NCBI RefSeq assembly: GCF_032062105.1
Contig: NW_026929376.1
Span: 186,001 to 250,000 of the forward strand
Length of the DNA stretch: 64,000 bases
Source of the DNA: Saccostrea cucullata
Lineage: Eukaryota
Direction: 5' to 3'
Part shown: positions 48,401-60,098 of the stretch, in pieces
How positions within the stretch are numbered: the first letter of the stretch is position 1
How the letters are laid out: the number at the start of each line of letters is the position of its first letter
The notes under the pieces: model-generated
Seen by the model: the letters and a program-made list of their open reading frames with translations, nothing else
Databases searched by the model: none
Told to the model about the DNA's origin: nothing
Program-made: the position numbers and the translations under genes

Positions 48401-51400
48401 TAACGTTTTCATGAGATCAGTAAGATGTTAAAGAACCCATTTCAAATCGATAACCATATCGAAATATTTACCGTTTTTGAGTTATAAAGCAAAAACTTTC
48501 GAGCGCCCTTGACCCCTAATTTGAGGGGCCAGCCCCTTTTTAATAATGTCAAATAATAGATCTTAAAATTATGCACAATATTTGTGAAATATGTCTTAAC
48601 AAATTATTTTTAGTTTAAAAGATATACGAGGAAATATATGTAAAATTTGGCGCTTTTGGGCATTCTCATTTTTGACCCCTACCTAGCACCGTTTGGAGCG
48701 CAGAAATCGAAAAAGAAAAACCGATAGGCACAACTTCAATTCTTCTAGTATTTAAATGCAGTAGACATTCTGCTCCAGCTTTTGTCGTTTCTGAGCCTTT
48801 GTCTGGAAACGAACAGTACCAAATTTTCACTTAAAGGGAAATAACTCGAAAGCGGAAGGGATTTTTTAAAATGTATGAAAACATTTAATTGAGTTTTGTA
48901 ATGTCCAAAAACTCTGAAAATTTGAACGAAATCCGTTCAGAAATGAGCGAGTTACGAGGTCTCAAAGTTGGCGTCTAGGAAAAAAAAAAGAATAATAGGG
49001 AATAATCTTAACCATCAGAATCAGTAGAAGGTCTTCCGCCTGAGCGAAAGACCTTAATAAATCAATTATTGCATATACATGTACATGTACATCACAAGAT
49101 TTATAGAACATACATCACAAGATTATAGAACATACATCTCAAGATTTTGCATATACATCTCAAGATTTTGAACATACATCACAAGATTATCGAATATACA
49201 TCACGAGATTTTGCATATACATCACAGGATTTTGAATATACATCACAAAATGTTGTATATACATCACAAGGTTATCGAATAAAGCAACGTTTTAGACGCC
49301 ATATCCAACAATTATATGTTTTTATTGAATATTTTTCTAGTCTCTTTTGATCCCAAATTGATTTGTAGATTTTTTGCTTCTTATTATTAACTTGAGTAAA
49401 TGACAAGTTTAACTGTCAATGCTGCTGTAATTTTTGTATTCCTCCATTAAAAAGCTTTGCTTTATAAGGTCTGGGCTTCGTTTTTCTTTAAAATAACAAT
49501 GGGCTATACATGTACATAAGGAGAAAAAACATTTTACAGGTACCTGGATCCGGAAATCTAACTTTTGAGATTGTTGCTGGATCACTTCCACCTGGAGTTT
49601 TCCTTGATTCAGCAAATCGCCGGATATCCGGTATTGTACCAGATCAAGATGCTGAGTACATCTTCACTGTAAGAGCCAAAACCGAATACGGAAAGTTTGC
49701 AGATGCCGTTTTCCGATTTGATTCTTACGGTAAAGCCTCGAAATCTATATATTAAAGCATAAAACTTGTGATGCAATTATGGAATGTTTTGGTGGATTTT
49801 TTTCGATTTTTTTTTTAAGAATCTGATCAATGTCAAGAAGAGCCATGCCACAATAATGGTGTATGTAACGATACACGTGAGGGAATAGGCTACACGTGCA
49901 TCTGTAATGGGCACTATGGAGGACTTCAATGTGATACAGGTAATAATGTTCTATCTCTTACCATCTTTAATTTATATCCGCTGAAAAAGTCTAACAAGAG
50001 GTTAATACCCTACATGCATTTCTACGCGTCTAATATATCAAACATTTTAAAATTTATTATATGATACCAAATAAGTATTTTAACCCTTTCATATTAGTAA
50101 CTGAGAATATCAAATGGAACACTACATATCAAGAGTTTGTATTGATTATAACATAATTTCGATGATTTTACCTAGATTGTAGATTAAACAGTTTAGAAGT
50201 TAGAAACAAAAATGTCATACCGGATGCTCAACTGTCAGCATACTTATCACGTAACCAATCTCTGGCCTCGGAGGCGAGGTTTGATAGCAATGCTTCAATG
50301 GGCTGGTGTGGGGAAAACGCAAACTCATGGATACAAGTAGATTTGGGTATGATATCAATTTGAATATGTTTACAAACTAAATCCATGATTTCAAGGTGTG
50401 ATGAAAAAAAATAGTTATAGTACTATACGTATTACAGGTGATGAAGGGAGAATATTTGCTGTGACCACTAAGTCTAGGGATAGTAACCGATTCATGAAAT
50501 CTTTCTCACTGTCTTGCAGCACTGATGGTACAAGATTCTCAGACGTCCTGGATACTAACAATACAATAGCTCACGTAGGTTTATATATAGTATATAATAT
50601 TTCGAAAGGGCACATGCCACTCAGATACTTTCTTATTGTTATGTAACGTTCTATAGATTAGCAAACGTACTTCAACTTCAGTACGATGTTGGCAAACATA
50701 TATTTCTAAAGGTTTATTTACCTGTCGATCACATGGTGATGAAATTTAAAAATGATGTCGCATATATACCGAATGTAGTTATTGAAAAACATTCAAAGGC
50801 CATACCAATTTCTAATATAGTTCGTCGGATTCGCCGCTTCTATTTTCAACAAATCGAAATTATAATATTATAAAAATAAAATCCGCGCGCGCGTCCAAAA
50901 ATATCCGAATATATTTTTTTTTCTCGACTTTTTTTTGGTATCTGACAGAAGCGCGGGGTTTCGTTAGTTTGTTTGTACTTTGTAGCAGTCTGTGAAGTTT
51001 TGCAAGACGCCCGTGTAACTGCTCGTATGTACCTGGGGTGAGCAATTAGCATAGGGGCTATCATTTTTGGGGGTCAGGCTAGTTGTTTTCTGCAAGGAGG
51101 TAACCCGTCGGGCTAGTAAAAAACATAACTACACACGCAATACATGACAAGCACAATCAGTATTTTCACTCGTTTTTTGCTATAAAATTTCCAAGCAGTT
51201 AAAATTTTCCAGACAACATGCTCCTACTGTCAATAAATCTCCAGAATCTTATCTGTTTTGCACTTCTAGCTTACTTCCAAAAACGATCGTTTTTCCTAAT
51301 CCGAATTTCCTCTATTCTTCCATTCATGGTAAATACATGCAGATATCTCATTAAATTATTTACGATCACCCAATCAACTGAAAGATAAGGTTTTTGTGAC

Positions 51401-52287
51401 TCACATGAAACATATTTCCAGTGTATTTAATGATATAAGATGAAATCAAAATGAGCTAATAGTGCAATGATCAGAAAAATGGAAGATAATTTATTTAAAT
51501 TAATTTTAATTTTCTTTCATAATAATTTATGCATGATTAATATTGAGAACTTTTAACTGTAATTTTAAAAAGAATGACCTCAGTACCCTGACTTTTTCAG
51601 CAATTAATTTTTTCTCAACATTACATGTAGTATTTATTTTAATTTTTGCCCCTCTATGTGGGCTAGTAACTTTACTTGGGGCTGGTAACTTGAAAGCTGC
51701 CACTAGCCCGTGGGAAAGTACTTGATTTTTGTTCAATTGCATACCCCTGTGTACTGTAGTTATAAACACTGGGTACAAAGTAGTTCCGTACATAGCAAAA
51801 GAAATGGAATCAGAGGAGATGTTTGACAAAAAAGAGAAGAACTTAGAAATTTTTGCCACTAATATTAATTATATTCGCTCGCCTCATGATTTTGAAACCT
51901 GAAATAAAAAATAATATTTGTAAAATATTTTCGCTCGCTCGCCTCACTTTTTATTTTTGAAAATCCGAAGAACTATATTACAAACTGGTGTGGCCAAATA
52001 TAAATATTATACTGTCCAAGATATGGCAATGTGTCACAATTTATCATGGTATATGTCAAACTATTTTGTTTATAATAGGAGAAGCAAATGATAGCAGAGG
52101 GCATGAAGGGGGAAAGAATATAAACTATTGATACTGATTCTTTCTATATCAGGTATTTTCCAGTGGTATTGGGGCTTTAACCCAGCCCCTTCCTGATCCT
52201 GTCACGTGTCGGTTTGTGAGACTCCATCCCAAGTCCTACAAAGGTCATCCCTGTCTTAAGTTTGAACTTCATGGCTGTGTTCCTTAA
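42499..52287 (+). CDS. Paralogue E: secreted SP + cubilin-N-like + He_PIG-like Ig + EGF + F5/8C protein (364 aa), most divergent copy
   Basis: Exons 42499-42581, 42976-43042, 43155-43244, 43716-43817, 49540-49729, 49820-49939, 50176-50346, 50438-50574, 52153-52287; 1095 nt open frame; AATAAA at ~52327. Confidence 0.87.
43400..43653. mobile_element. GC-rich MITE remnant in intron 3 of paralogue E
   Basis: GC-rich core gggggcttcgccccctgggcccccaccagggc...gcccccagacccc ending cctggatccgctcctg; left terminus not recognisable. Confidence 0.5.
44035..49302. mobile_element. TIR element with 21-bp subterminal minisatellite arrays, carrying a nested insertion
   Basis: TIR TATGGCGTGTCAAACGTTGCTTTATTCGA / TCGAATAAAGCAACGTTTAGACGCCATA. 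21-bp unit AATCTTGTGATGTATGTTC.. repeated at 44065-44430 and inverted at 49088-49275. Confidence 0.8.
44734..49057 (-). mobile_element. ~4.3-kb non-autonomous Helentron-like element nested in the TIR element
   Basis: One end: hairpin ctcgttgc-aaa-gcaacgag plus aggtcttccg. Other end: aggtcttccg-cctgag-cgaaagacct subterminal IR. Decayed ~160-bp aaggtcaaggtca units at 44810-45720; no coding ORF. Confidence 0.65.
50798..51995. mobile_element. MITE with ~34-bp TIRs in intron 8 of paralogue E, with a probable second MITE nested at 51033-51749
   Basis: ggccataccaatttctaatatagttcgtcggatt versus reverse complement ggccacaccagtttgtaatatagttcttcggatt. Inner element ctggggtgagcaatt...aattgcatacccctg flanked by tgtac on both sides. 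Confidence 0.65.
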
Positions 52288-52440
52288 AGTGAGCTAGTGA
52301 GCTGCATGTGACTCAATCATTTATCAAATAAAACTTAACAAAATTGTGCATTGAATACTGTATATTATTCTTTCAGAATTATTGCGTACAAGTAAAGGTT
52401 GTTTGTTGGCAATTAGGGCTTTATTCATGAACCACTATGG

Positions 52441-52441
52441 T

Positions 52442-52488
<47 letters not shown>

Positions 52489-52517
52489 CATTTTGTCCGG
52501 CGTCCGTCTGTCCGTCT

Positions 52518-52548
<31 letters not shown>

Positions 52549-52592
52549 TACTTCTTCTCAAAAACCGCTGGGCCAATTTCAACCAAACTTGC

Positions 52593-52634
<42 letters not shown>

Positions 52635-54132
52635 CGAAGGGCCAAGCCCTCATTCAAGGGGAGATAATTGGGAATTAATAAAAATTTGGTGGCATATTTT
52701 AAAAATCTTCTTCTCAAGAACCACTGTGCCAGGAAAGATGAAACTTATGGGGAAACATCCTCAGGTAGTGTAGTTTCAAGTTTGTTCAAATCATGACCCC
52801 CGGGGGTAGGGCGGGGCCAAAATGGCCGACCAAAGTTTAACATAGAAATATATAGGAAAATTCTTTAAAAATCTTCTTCTCAAGAATGACAAAGCCATAA
52901 TTCATCATATTTATATGGGAGCATGCTCAGGTAGTGTAGATTCAAATTTGTTCAAATCATGACCCCCGGGGTAGGGCGGGGCCAAAATGGCCAACCAAAG
53001 TTTTACATAGAAATATATAGGAAAATTCTTCAAAAATCTTCTTCCCAAGAATGACAAAGCCATAATTCATCATATTTATATGGAAGCATGCTCAAGTAGT
53101 GTAGATTCAAGTTTGTTCAAATCATGACCCCCGGGGGTAGGGCGGGGCCAAAATGGCCGACCAAAGTTTTACATAGAAATATATAGGAAAATTCTTTAAA
53201 AATCTTCTTCTCAAGAATGACAAAGCCATAATTCATCATATTTATATGGGAGCATGTTCAGGTAGTGTAGATTCAAGTTTGTACAAATCATGACCCCCAG
53301 GGGTAAGGCGGGGCCAAAATGGCCAACCAAAGTTTTACATAGAAATATATAGGAATTTTTTTTAAAAAGCTTTTTCTCAAGAATGACAAAGCCATAATTC
53401 ATCATATTTATATGGAAGCATGTTCAGGTAGTGTAGATTCAAGTTTCTTCAAATCATGACCCCCGGGGGTAATGCGGGGCCAAAATGGCCAACCAAAGTT
53501 TTACATAGAAATATATAGGAAAATTCTTTAAAAATCTTCTTCTCAAGAATGACAAAACCATAATTCATCATATATATATGGAAGCATGCTCAGGTAGTGT
53601 AGTTTCAAGTTTGTTCAAATCATGACCCCCTGGGGTAGAGCGGGGCCAAAATGGCCAACCAAAGTTTTACATAGAAATATATAGGAAAATTCTTTAAAAA
53701 TCTTCTTCTCAAGAATGACAAAGCCATAATTCATCATATTTATATGGAAGTATGCTCAGGTAGTGTAGATTCAAGTTTGTTCAAATCATGACCCCCGGGG
53801 GTAGGGCGGACCAAAATGGCCGACCAAAGTTTTACATAGAAATATATAAGAAAATTCTTTAAACATCTTCTTCTCAAGAATGACAAAGCCATAATTCATC
53901 ATATTTATATGGAAGCATGCTCAAGTAGTGTAGATTCAAATTTGTTCAAATCATGACCCCCAGGGGTAGGGCGGGGCCAAAATGGCCGACCAAAGTTTTA
54001 CAAGATATATATAGGAAAATTCTTTAAAAATCATTTTCTAAAAAATAGCAAATCCATGATTGGTCATGGGACTACTTTTGGATTTAAACTTTACAATAAA
54101 AAGCCATTTTCTACTTTTTCCTACCTTTAGTG

Positions 54133-54166
<34 letters not shown>
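52441..54166 (+). mobile_element. Complete HINE (Helentron-associated) element with a Cg170-like 166-bp satellite array (~8 units)
   Basis: 5' ttttagctcacctgagccgaaggctcaagtgagc hairpin, (GTCT)n microsatellite, tandem ~166-bp units (tcaaatcatgacccccgggggtagggcggggccaaaatggcc), 3' caggtgagcgatgtggcccatgggcctcttgt. Confidence 0.92.
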
Positions 54167-54169
54167 CTT

Positions 54170-54445
54170 TTGTTGTTTTAACGTCCCTCTCGAAAATTTT
54201 CACTCAATGGAGATGCAACCACTTGCAGGTGGAAAACCGAAAGTATTGTCCTATACTTGGCACTCATGACCATTGAACAGTGAGGGATCTTTTTCGTACC
54301 AATGCCTACTTCGACACGGGTTCTCGGTTTAAACTGTCTCATCCAAAGGACTGGTCTCCACGTCCCACAGTGGGATCAACCCGTGACGTAAGGACCAACT
54401 CTTTATTTCTCGACTCTAGAGCAGACGCTCTAACCACTGCGCCAT
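54170..54445 (-). mobile_element. tRNA-derived SINE
   Basis: Minus strand A box TGGCGCAGTGGTTAGAGCG and B-box-like GGGTTGATCCC, followed by a body shared with 24175-24400. Confidence 0.7.
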
Positions 54446-55133
54446 GAACCACAATGGTCCTGATTATTTCTATTATAGCCAAGACTCTTCCTTTGCCAAA
54501 AACTTACACTGTGTTGCATACTTAACCCCCAGGAAAGATTTGAAAACTTGTATATTTCAAACATGTATGTCAACAAGATGTGAGTGAGCGGTCAACACGT
54601 TAGCCCAAAACCTAGATTCTCTACTTATCTTTGAATTCAAATGGCATTAGAAAATCAGGGGAAAGAAAACGTCATTTGTCACCGAAAATCTCATTATGAA
54701 ATATTCCGTCTTGAATTCTAAGCGTACAATGGCTTCATGATTTAACTAACTCATATTTATTCGGTGTCATGGTATAGAAAATCTGAAATGTTGAATTAAT
54801 TTGTCTTCTACTAAAGAACAAGTATTGTTACTTTTCTCCTTCACAATCGACATTCTATGATTAAAAATGGCAACAAACTGGACAACAAACATCCGGTTCT
54901 GTCAATTTTAAAACCTTGTCTCTATTTTTCCCTTTTACCCAGTGCAATGCCTACTCCAGTTAAAACAGATTCCATGCCATCTTTTACATAATTTTTATTT
55001 ACTTAATGTTTCATCAATTATTAGTTTTTTTTCTTAATAAAGAATCAAATTTAAAAACAAATAATCAGAAAACATTATGATTCCAATAACACGGTATACT
55101 AGTATTTTTCATATTAATGTTTGCTTTTTGTTT

Positions 55134-56158
55134 TTAAGAAGATTTTTCTTTCTTCGAAGAGCCTAGTTTAGTAGCAAGAGCAATATCTTGTAGAAGAGAA
55201 TCCAACCCATAACCCAGCACAGAGGCCGACTTCATGTTGTAAGCCTTAAACGACGGGTGGATAGACACTACGATTGGTCGCCCTTTCAATCCATCCATGT
55301 AGGATTTCTTAGACTTGGTGTGTACATATTTCTTATGAGAGGGAAGAAATGTTGACTTCAGAGGCAATCTTTTAGCAAAGTTTTTCCAGTACGATTTTAC
55401 CTTTCTTTTTCTTGGATATCTTGCTTTAAATTTTCGTTTTTTATTTATTGGATAACCGTGAAGCATCCACCTGTATCCCGAACTTTTCCCAAGGTCGTAA
55501 TGGTGTCGTAGTGGTCGATAATGATGCCTCTTAGTTTGATGTTGATATTTGTGATAACGATGCCTCGTAGTTTTATGTTGATATTTGCGATAACGATGCC
55601 TCTTAGTTTTATGTTGGTATTTGCGATAACGATGCCTCGTAGTTTTATGTTGATATTTACGATGGAACTTTGTGGGAACTACTTTTTTCAGCGGATACTT
55701 TCGTCTATGAGAGTAATTTTTACCTTCCTGTTTTCTTCTTTTCGGGTAAGGCTTCTTTGTTATGGGTTGAATGATGTTATCATTGTTTTCAGATTTCAGC
55801 GATTTTACGGACTTGAAGGATTTAAAATGTCTCATCTTCTTTCTACCAGAATGAAGTTTTCGGCCAAAGTGAGAAACCCTGGCCGATCTGTAGCGCATTT
55901 TTGTAGCATCACTCAAGATAACTAAAACATGAAAAAATATATACCGGTAACCTCAGAAGCAAAACTTTTGTATTTATGAACTTTGATTTTTCTAAAACGA
56001 AACGATCCTTTATATGCCTAAATCTAAATTAAATACCACAATAATTAAAAAAAGAGATAATTACAAATGTTAAAAAGACACTAGTTGGTCTGTTAAGGAA
56101 ATGAACAAATACCTGCTAAACTCAAGAGAAGAAATATCCCAAGGATATACTTGGGCAT
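55134..56158 (-). CDS. Secreted highly basic Lys/Arg/His/Tyr-rich repeat protein, 277 aa; exons 56158-56113 and 55921-55134
   Basis: A phase-1 GT-AG intron joins the signal peptide MPKYILGIFLLLSLA-V-ILSDA to the long ORF; four 12-aa repeats [H/Y][R/H]KYQH[K/Q]T[T/K]RH[R/H]; no Cys. Confidence 0.82.
55505..55665 (-). repeat. 36-bp coding tandem repeat, 4 copies
   Basis: gataacgatgcctc[g/t]tagttttatgttgatattt[g/a]c repeated with a 36-nt period. Confidence 0.9.
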
Positions 56159-56688
56159 TTCTACTGGCTTTTTCGAGCACCTGCTCTTCCCAAATGTAGA
56201 CCTTATGTAGCACAACTATGTACGGTCTCTACAAAAGTGGCTAGTAAACTTATCATATTCATAGGATTACGCACCAGATGTCCATTATCTGGAGATGTAG
56301 AAGACTTCCCTTTTCGTGTTAAACCATTTTTCTACATCGTTAATTTGGTTCAATCTTTCATCAAATAGTGTTAAGAATAAAAAATCCGTTATGTTTACCT
56401 CATATATACCTTTGAATAACCATGTATAGGAGTTATCAAAAACGGAAATTGTGTAATATGTATCTTATTCTAGCGAATCCTAACCCGTTGTAGTACTTCT
56501 ATTTTAGTTGTCCTCATTGATTTTTTTTAAAAAATATGAATAACGTAACAGAATATGCTTTTGTTTTTAGTGAACATTTTGAGAGTAATGAAAATACATC
56601 TATATTGTTGTTTCATAGTTTTTTTCTTCATCTTAACATTTGAAAAATATTTTATGCAACAAACCATCTGTAGGTGGAGCTTGTGTGG

Positions 56689-56769
56689 TAGCTGCAGAAC
56701 TGTAGCTCTCCGAAAAAAAAAATATTGACTGTCAATTTATATTTTCGGAGAGCTACAGTTCTGCAGCTA
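56689..56769. mobile_element. 81-bp miniature MITE of the same TIR family as 28832-29403
   Basis: TIR TAGCTGCAGAACTGTAGCTCTCCGAAAA; 9-bp TSD CTTGTGTGG on both sides. Confidence 0.88.
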
Positions 56770-57069
56770 CTTGTGTGGATGACCAGAGAGCAACATATCC
56801 GTTCTTTGAAAAAAAAGTTAATTTTTGTAAATTGAGAAAAGAAAAGCTTTCGAGTTAGATCTCTGGAATCATATACATGTTTTCATCTTGGAATGATTCT
56901 AAACAGGTGTTCAAAAAACATCATTTATTACTAAATCTAGATATATTATAGCAAAACAGAGATATGACGGATAGAAGCATCTAGCAACATTACAGTAACT
57001 GGACTCTTGTGCTGTGCTTCCATATCTGTTCACTCTTTTTTTTTTTTAATTAAAATAAATTTTCTACAA

Positions 57070-58790
57070 ATGAAACATATGGAGATAACGAACCGTAGAT
57101 CAAAAGTTCATAAAACAATATAAAATAGGAGCAGAGCAAACACGGACCTCCAAAACATCAGAGGTGAGATCAGGTGCCATGGAGGAGTGAGTATCCCTTG
57201 CCGACCGGTCACACCCGCCGTGTGCTCCTTGTCATGATGGGGAAATAAAGGGATAATCCGTCGTCAATTCAGGGTATGAATAATGGACGAACAATAAGTA
57301 TGAAAAACGTCAGTCAGTATTTGACTCAATGATAAATTGTATTTGCTGACAAGGTCATTGTATCAAGAACTTACGAAATGATGGCTTTAAACGAGACTGA
57401 TGCAGTTCTTGTTTCATCAACTTGTTTGTCTATAATTTACCTCCTTTTAGAAATTGTACATATATAGAGCATGCTCTTGCGTAACGAATCAACTGAGATA
57501 TATAAACTCGAATGCAGGTAATGAAGGTATGTATACTGCTAAATAAGTAAGGGAAGTTGACGGTAGAAAAGTTAAATTCATCACGTTTATCATTGACCTT
57601 GGTTGTTTGATTATCGTTAACGTCCTTTTCAAGTAAAATATCCAAATATGAAACAGACGTGTCAGATACTGTGGTATCTTTTATCTCAAGCTCACCAGGA
57701 TAATCGACATAAGAATGGAATTATTACCATTGTTTATTGACAATACGTCGTCGATATATCTAAATGCCGAGTTAAAGGCCACAGCAAGTGTTTTCTTCTT
57801 TTCACGCATAGGATTTTGCATGAATTCTACTTCATATGAATACAAAATAGGTCTGCTAATAACGGCTGGGCGCAATTGGTATCCATGCATTGGATTTCCA
57901 ACAGATCGTTGGAAGACTTGGTCTCCAAAAAGGCATAGATACTTGTATTATCAATCAGAAACTCTAGCATCTTTTTAATGTCAACTTCAGAATACTTTTA
58001 TGTACAATCAGAATGTTTTTTAACAAAATAATTTTGCAATGGACCTATTACAAGGTAAGTATGAAGAAGTCCAAGGTAATTTACGAGTTCCATACTTATT
58101 GAAAGAGTAGTTGTCAATGATATCAAAGAGCCTTGACTTTAAGTTATCGCGGTGAATGGTTGTGTATAAAGTGAAAAGTCGTAAGTTTTTAAGCTGTTGA
58201 TTTTAGTAAAATATTGTGATTTCAAATTGTCTAAAAGTTCCTTGGAATTCTTATGTATTCACTTCTGCTTTACACCTCTTCTAGAATATATTTTTGCACA
58301 GTACTGTTGACTTCTTCACTACTGTTAATATCTTAGTGAGGAGTACAGAAAGAGGCTTAGCTGAACATTTACTGGAACCCGCTATGTATCTTTGTTTGTA
58401 AGGATTCTTATGAAGTTTCGGAATCCAATATATAGTAGTAAAAAAACTGTTCAAATTCCTTTTGGTTCTTTGGGATATTAAAATATTCAAAACTGACATA
58501 TAATTTGGAAGATTTTCTTCCTTAAAAAGGGAACTATGGGTATAAGTTGGATTACCACTTGTATAATTAAATCCTTGCAAGTTCTTCTAAAATACAATTT
58601 ATATAATGAGCTTTACAAACATAGCCAATGTTATTACCTGCTTTGTCAGCAGGCACTAGTACGTACTGATCATGTAATCTATCTAATTCTTTTGTCACTT
58701 CTGGATTATTGGATACAAAAGGATAGATGATTTTCATATTGCCCCTCAATCTGTTAATACGTGATTTTAATATGGATCTTTTTCATATCT
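57070..58790 (-). mobile_element. Decayed Penelope-like retroelement (frameshifted RT) with terminal repeat
   Basis: Fragments LVPADKAGNNI, YWIPKLHKNPYKQRYIAGSSKCS.KPLS, FRYIDDVLSINN, DKRDEFNFS.VNFPYL, VYISQLIRYARACS in colinear order across frames. Confidence 0.85.
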
Positions 58791-59224
58791 GGCGTAATCT
58801 TCAACAGTATCCATAATATTTATGAAATTCCGACGAAACTTTTTTTAATTTTATTTTCAATTCTTTAATGTTCATTTTGTATAGAGTTATAATTTCTTTT
58901 GCATATTGTATATAACAAGCTTCTATGGTTTTAGAAATATAATTCAGTTTAAACTTTTCAATTGTTGCATTCAAACAAAACTCGTTTGATGGGGTTTTCA
59001 GCTTTTTTGGTTTTAACATGTTTTGTATGTCATGTTTATGGAGGAGAAATATATGACGCTTATTTTTGTTTAATTTAGGAACGTACAAATGTAGTTTATT
59101 GCTCGATCGTTATTCGAATAATCTATCATTAATTCAAATGCTGATGGACTTCTTCATACAAGTTAAGCCATTATTTACATACTGAATTTTTACTGATTTT
59201 CCCCCTTTTCCCCTCGACCACGAC

Positions 59225-59350
59225 AAGGAGCACACTGCTGATGTGACTGGTCGACAGGACAGGCATACACCTCCATGGCACCTAATCCCACTTCTTTTAT
59301 GTCTGCTCTGCACCTCATTTGTATTGTTTCATGGACTTGTGAGCTTAAAT
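59225..59350. repeat. Penelope-associated terminal repeat fragment, inverted relative to 57140-57235
   Basis: gacaaggagcacac..c.g.tgtgactggtcgacagg...cctccatggcacctaatcccac is the reverse complement of the 57165-57232 segment. Confidence 0.6.
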
Positions 59351-60098
59351 ACTGTTCGTTATCTCCATATTTAATACAATAGGATTGAGAGGGAATTGAA
59401 TAAATGCCAATTTAAGTATAAGATGTAAATATTTAGATTCACTAATTTTTAAATGTGGAATAAATGAAGTTGCTCTCAGTTATTGCCCAGAATACGTGAA
59501 TAACTCGACCCTCTGTAATCTTTCGGATACGAGTGTTTTAACGACTTATGATAAGTTAGGTACCATACTTGGTTTTATTACATAATCTCATAGTATTCTT
59601 TTCTGAATTATGATATTCATCTCTTTCATTTTTAATCAGGAGGATATTAAATAAAATTTCGACAAGGAAATCGAACCGTTATTATTCATCTGTAGGATTC
59701 GCTTCGTTTTTGCTTGTATATGAAAAGAGAAAACACAAACAAAAGGAAAACAAAGAAATATATGAAGGAAGAATCCTGGATTGGCAACGTGTTTCTACTC
59801 GTCCTGAGAGTCCATCCAAGGTGCTGCATATAAATATATAATGCAGTATTGTTTTAAAAATGAATTCTTAACGAATTGGTGAGTAGAATGGCAAATAATT
59901 TAGATTTATTATACAATGGATCATCGTACGAAATATGACAAATTGTAACATAATTAAAATTGGTATGATCTCTTTTATGCATTCAAAAAATAATTCTGAA
60001 TATAAAAGTGTAAAAATAATCTTAAACATAAGACATACATCATGCACATAACATTTATGGACAAAGTTAAATGTTCTTTTAAAAAGTGAAACGAATCC

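Noticed and set aside
23616-52287. Naming the cluster genes MFGE8/EDIL3 or cubilin
   Set aside because: One discoidin domain only, no RGD, no CUB domains and extra N-terminal modules; orthology is unsupported, so no symbol is given.
57130-57430. Hammerhead ribozyme in the Penelope terminal repeat
   Set aside because: I could not find an intact CUGANGA...GAAA core with pairing stems by eye.
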